NCBI GenBank assembly: GCA_963796275.1
Contig: CAWCKY010000003.1
Span: 1,216,001-1,280,000 of the forward strand
Reading direction: 5' to 3'
DNA: 64,000 nucleotides
From: an uncultured Acidobacteriota bacterium
GTDB taxonomy: Bacteria; Acidobacteriota; Blastocatellia; RBC074
Below the pieces are notes generated by a model. That model made no database searches. It was not told the origin of the DNA and worked only from the letters and a program-made list of their open reading frames with translations. Positions 61,469 to 64,000 of the stretch are shown here, piece after piece (the stretch's first letter is position 1; each line of letters starts with the position of its first letter). The position numbers and the translations under genes were made by a program.

Positions 61469-61825
61469 GTGTATTTGTCCACCCGATTCGAATATTTAGA
61501 GCTAGTGCTGAAAAGATTGATGACCGTAGGCTTGTTGGCATTTATCTTCTGTTTCAGCCTTATAACGGTTACATGCTTCGCCTTACGCGGACATACAGTA
61601 GATGTCCCCAATGTGGTTGGAAAAACAAAAGTAGAGGCGGAGAAAGAGCTAGATGAAGCTGGGTTACGCATAAAAATCATCGGCATAACGGATCAGACAG
61701 AAATCCCCGCCGATGCACCTATCAGCGATCAAACCCCTGCGCCCGGAGCGACGGTTAAGACCGGGCAGCAAGTACGCGTCAGCTTCAACCTCGGTGCCCC
61801 TTCGCCTGCTGCCATCAGAAATTAA
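61469..61825 (+). CDS. Membrane-anchored single PASTA-domain protein
   Basis: TM helix, then VPNVVGK...AGL...QTPAPGATVK; TTG 61475 fits the GGAGG spacing better than GTG 61469. Confidence 0.85.
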   Translation: MYLSTRFEYLELVLKRLMTVGLLAFIFCFSLITVTCFALRGHTVDVPNVVGKTKVEAEKELDEAGLRIKIIGITDQTEIPADAPISDQTPAPGATVKTGQQVRVSFNLGAPSPAAIRN

Positions 61826-61921
61826 TTAGATCATAGAGTGGACAAGATTTCCGGGGTAATTTGTTCTAGTGGTTCTAGACTTTAGTTTCAAGCGGCTGAT
61901 AGGCAGATCGCGGTTAATATT

Positions 61922-62602
61922 ATGGTCGAAATAGCTCCATCAATATTATCGGCGGATTTCACCAAACTGGGTGAGGAGATCGAGACGGTCGAACGAGCCG
62001 GCGCCTCGTATATCCACGTAGATGTGATGGATGGCCATTTCGTGCCGAATCTGACCATCGGGCCGTTCATTGTAGAATCGGTGGCGAGGGCGACGCATTT
62101 GCCCATCGACGCGCATTTGATGATTGAAAATCCGGATGACTTCATCGGGGCATTCGCCCGGGCAGGTGCGAATATGATCTCGGTTCATCCGGAAACGACC
62201 TATCATTTGCATCGCACGATCAATCATATCCGCGACGAGGGGTGCAGAGCCGGAGTCGTGCTCAATCCCGCGACGCCGCTGGCGATGATCGAAGATGTCC
62301 TGGGTGAACTCGACTACGTGCTCCTCATGTCGGTCAATCCGGGGTTTGGTGGTCAAACATTTATACCGGCATCGCTCGACAAGCTGCGCCGTTTGCGCGA
62401 GTTGATTCGCGCGCGCGGAATGAGCGTGAAAATAGAGATTGATGGCGGCATCGGGCCGGATAATGCCGGGCAGGTTGTTGCCGCCGGCGCCGAGATACTG
62501 GTTGCCGGGTCAGCGGTTTTCGGAAAACCGGACCCGTCGCAAGCATTGCGCGACCTCCTGCGCGCAGCATTGAATCCTTCGCTCAAGGGAGCGTCGGTTT
62601 GA
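61922..62602 (+). CDS. rpe: Ribulose-phosphate 3-epimerase
   Basis: [36 protein letters not shown]. Confidence 0.96.
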   Translation: MVEIAPSILSADFTKLGEEIETVERAGASYIHVDVMDGHFVPNLTIGPFIVESVARATHLPIDAHLMIENPDDFIGAFARAGANMISVHPETTYHLHRTINHIRDEGCRAGVVLNPATPLAMIEDVLGELDYVLLMSVNPGFGGQTFIPASLDKLRRLRELIRARGMSVKIEIDGGIGPDNAGQVVAAGAEILVAGSAVFGKPDPSQALRDLLRAALNPSLKGASV

Positions 62603-62610
62603 AAAAAAAT

Positions 62611-62691
62611 AAACCACGTCCTGAACTGTGAATTCAAAATCTACGGGGAACCGAAGACACCAGAGGTTTCTTCATCTTCGTTTCTTCGTGG
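62611..62691. repeat. Degenerate CCACG...CGTGG 9-mer-family element
   Basis: AACCACG at the left end and TTCTTCATCTTCGTTTCTTCGTGG at the right, like 38557-38614. Confidence 0.45.
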
Positions 62692-62715
62692 CTATTACTT
62701 TACTGGGGAGAAATC

Positions 62716-63987
62716 ATGACGAAATTTAAATTCCTCCTACATTTTCACTTGGTCATATTAGTCTTTACGATCGCCGGTTGCGGAGCAAAGGATAACGTCA
62801 AGAACGAAAATGCTGCGGTTCCAGGGCGCGATAAGGAGCTTTACGAACAGGCAGTGGTAAAGGCCGAAAAAGGCCGCTATGATGAAGCTCGCCTGCTCTA
62901 CAACGTCGTCATATCAACCTACGGCGAAAGCGAATACCTGCCGCTGTCGAAACTGGCGATAGCCGATACGTTCTATCTAGAAGGGGGCACGAGCAATCTC
63001 GAGCAGGCCATCGGCGGTTACCGCGATTTCGCACAGTTCTTCCCGACACACCCGCGAGTCTGTGACGTCAAGCACAAAATCGCGCATTCGTATATGAGGC
63101 AGATGGGCGCATACAACCGCGATGCCTCGAAGGCGAAACAGGCGGAATTTATGCTGAAGGCAGCTTTGCAGAGTTGCCAGAGTTCTCAGCTCAAGCCGGC
63201 AATAGAGAGCGATCTCCAAGATGTTCAGCAGGTGCTCGGACTGCACGAACTGGACATCGCCCGCTTCTACATCAAGACCAGGCAATCCTACAAAGCAGGC
63301 GAGAGCCGTCTGAAGGATATCGTCAACCAGTATCCAGGGTTCAGTTATTATGATGAATCGCTCTACCTCCTCGGCGTCTCGCTGATTGAACAGGAGCAGC
63401 CCGAAGAAGCATCAGACTATTTTACGCGTCTGCTGCGCGATTATCCGAACAGCGAGTATGCCGATAAGGGAAAGGAATATCTGGAGAGACTCGGCAAACC
63501 TATACCCGAGCCTAATAACGACAACAAGCGTCCTGATCGCCCGAGTTTTGTCGGCAATTTCAAGTTGATTCTTGGCTATAATGGACTGGATGTCTCGAAA
63601 GACGGCGTCTTATTGAGTAAAAAGGGTGATGAAAAAGAAGATGTCAAAGATGAGGTTAAGTCCGAAGCGACCAGTGGTATAAGCGGAACGAAAGCGGTAC
63701 GCGCAACATCATCAAAGGTCATCGATACCCCGGCTGCCAGCCAGGTGACTGGCAGTACAGCTGCCGTCGATAGTCAACCCACGGGGCAAACGGGGCAAAC
63801 GGGGCAAACCGGGCAAGCCGGGCAAAATGGCGGTGACAACGGTCAGACCGCGGCTCCTGAAGCCAATGGAGATGATGAGAAATCTGTTAAAGGTAAAGAT
63901 AAAAAGAAAAACAGCAAGAAAGAAAAAAAGGATAAAGACAAAGATAAAAATCAGAAGAAGGGCTTTTTAGGCGGTATCTTCCGGTAA
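62716..63987 (+). CDS. bamD: Outer membrane protein assembly lipoprotein BamD with a long C-terminal extension
   Basis: Lipobox IAGC, TPR repeats, FFPTHP, RDASKA, IARFY, YPNSEY. Confidence 0.88.
   Translation: MTKFKFLLHFHLVILVFTIAGCGAKDNVKNENAAVPGRDKELYEQAVVKAEKGRYDEARLLYNVVISTYGESEYLPLSKLAIADTFYLEGGTSNLEQAIGGYRDFAQFFPTHPRVCDVKHKIAHSYMRQMGAYNRDASKAKQAEFMLKAALQSCQSSQLKPAIESDLQDVQQVLGLHELDIARFYIKTRQSYKAGESRLKDIVNQYPGFSYYDESLYLLGVSLIEQEQPEEASDYFTRLLRDYPNSEYADKGKEYLERLGKPIPEPNNDNKRPDRPSFVGNFKLILGYNGLDVSKDGVLLSKKGDEKEDVKDEVKSEATSGISGTKAVRATSSKVIDTPAASQVTGSTAAVDSQPTGQTGQTGQTGQAGQNGGDNGQTAAPEANGDDEKSVKGKDKKKNSKKEKKDKDKDKNQKKGFLGGIFR
63781..63826 (+). repeat. In-frame 9-bp tandem repeat (TGQ x4-5) in bamD
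   Basis: ACGGGGCAA ACGGGGCAA ACGGGGCAA ACCGGGCAA GCCGGGCAA. Confidence 0.85.
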
Positions 63988-64000
63988 GGCAGTACGGGCC

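Overview
Mostly core and accessory chromosome of a diderm bacterium. Gene content and order (DUF1592/DUF1552 pair, FecR-like secreted protein, PASTA-rpe-bamD, icd-mdh) suggest Acidobacteria; this is inference. About 46 CDSs: secreted and carbohydrate-active enzymes (1-15 kb), a multi-HAMP kinase, hybrid kinase and trehalose block (19-33 kb), kynA-HAD-kynU, an XrtA/PEP-CTERM-type exopolysaccharide export cluster (38-45 kb) and housekeeping genes (52-64 kb). I saw no rRNA, tRNA, CRISPR array, transposase or integrase. The main unexplained signal is non-coding. About 20 intergenic regions carry 60-130 bp hairpins whose arms are short tandem arrays of 7-, 8- or 9-nt units in inverted orientation, and the unit sequence differs between families. 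One copy is tandemly duplicated along with the first codons of its neighbouring gene. One encodes the signal peptide of a glycoside hydrolase. One lies between two divergent promoters, which argues for a DNA-level role. The EPS tyrosine kinase gene also has its family-typical start out of frame. Product calls come from motif recognition only; no searches were run.
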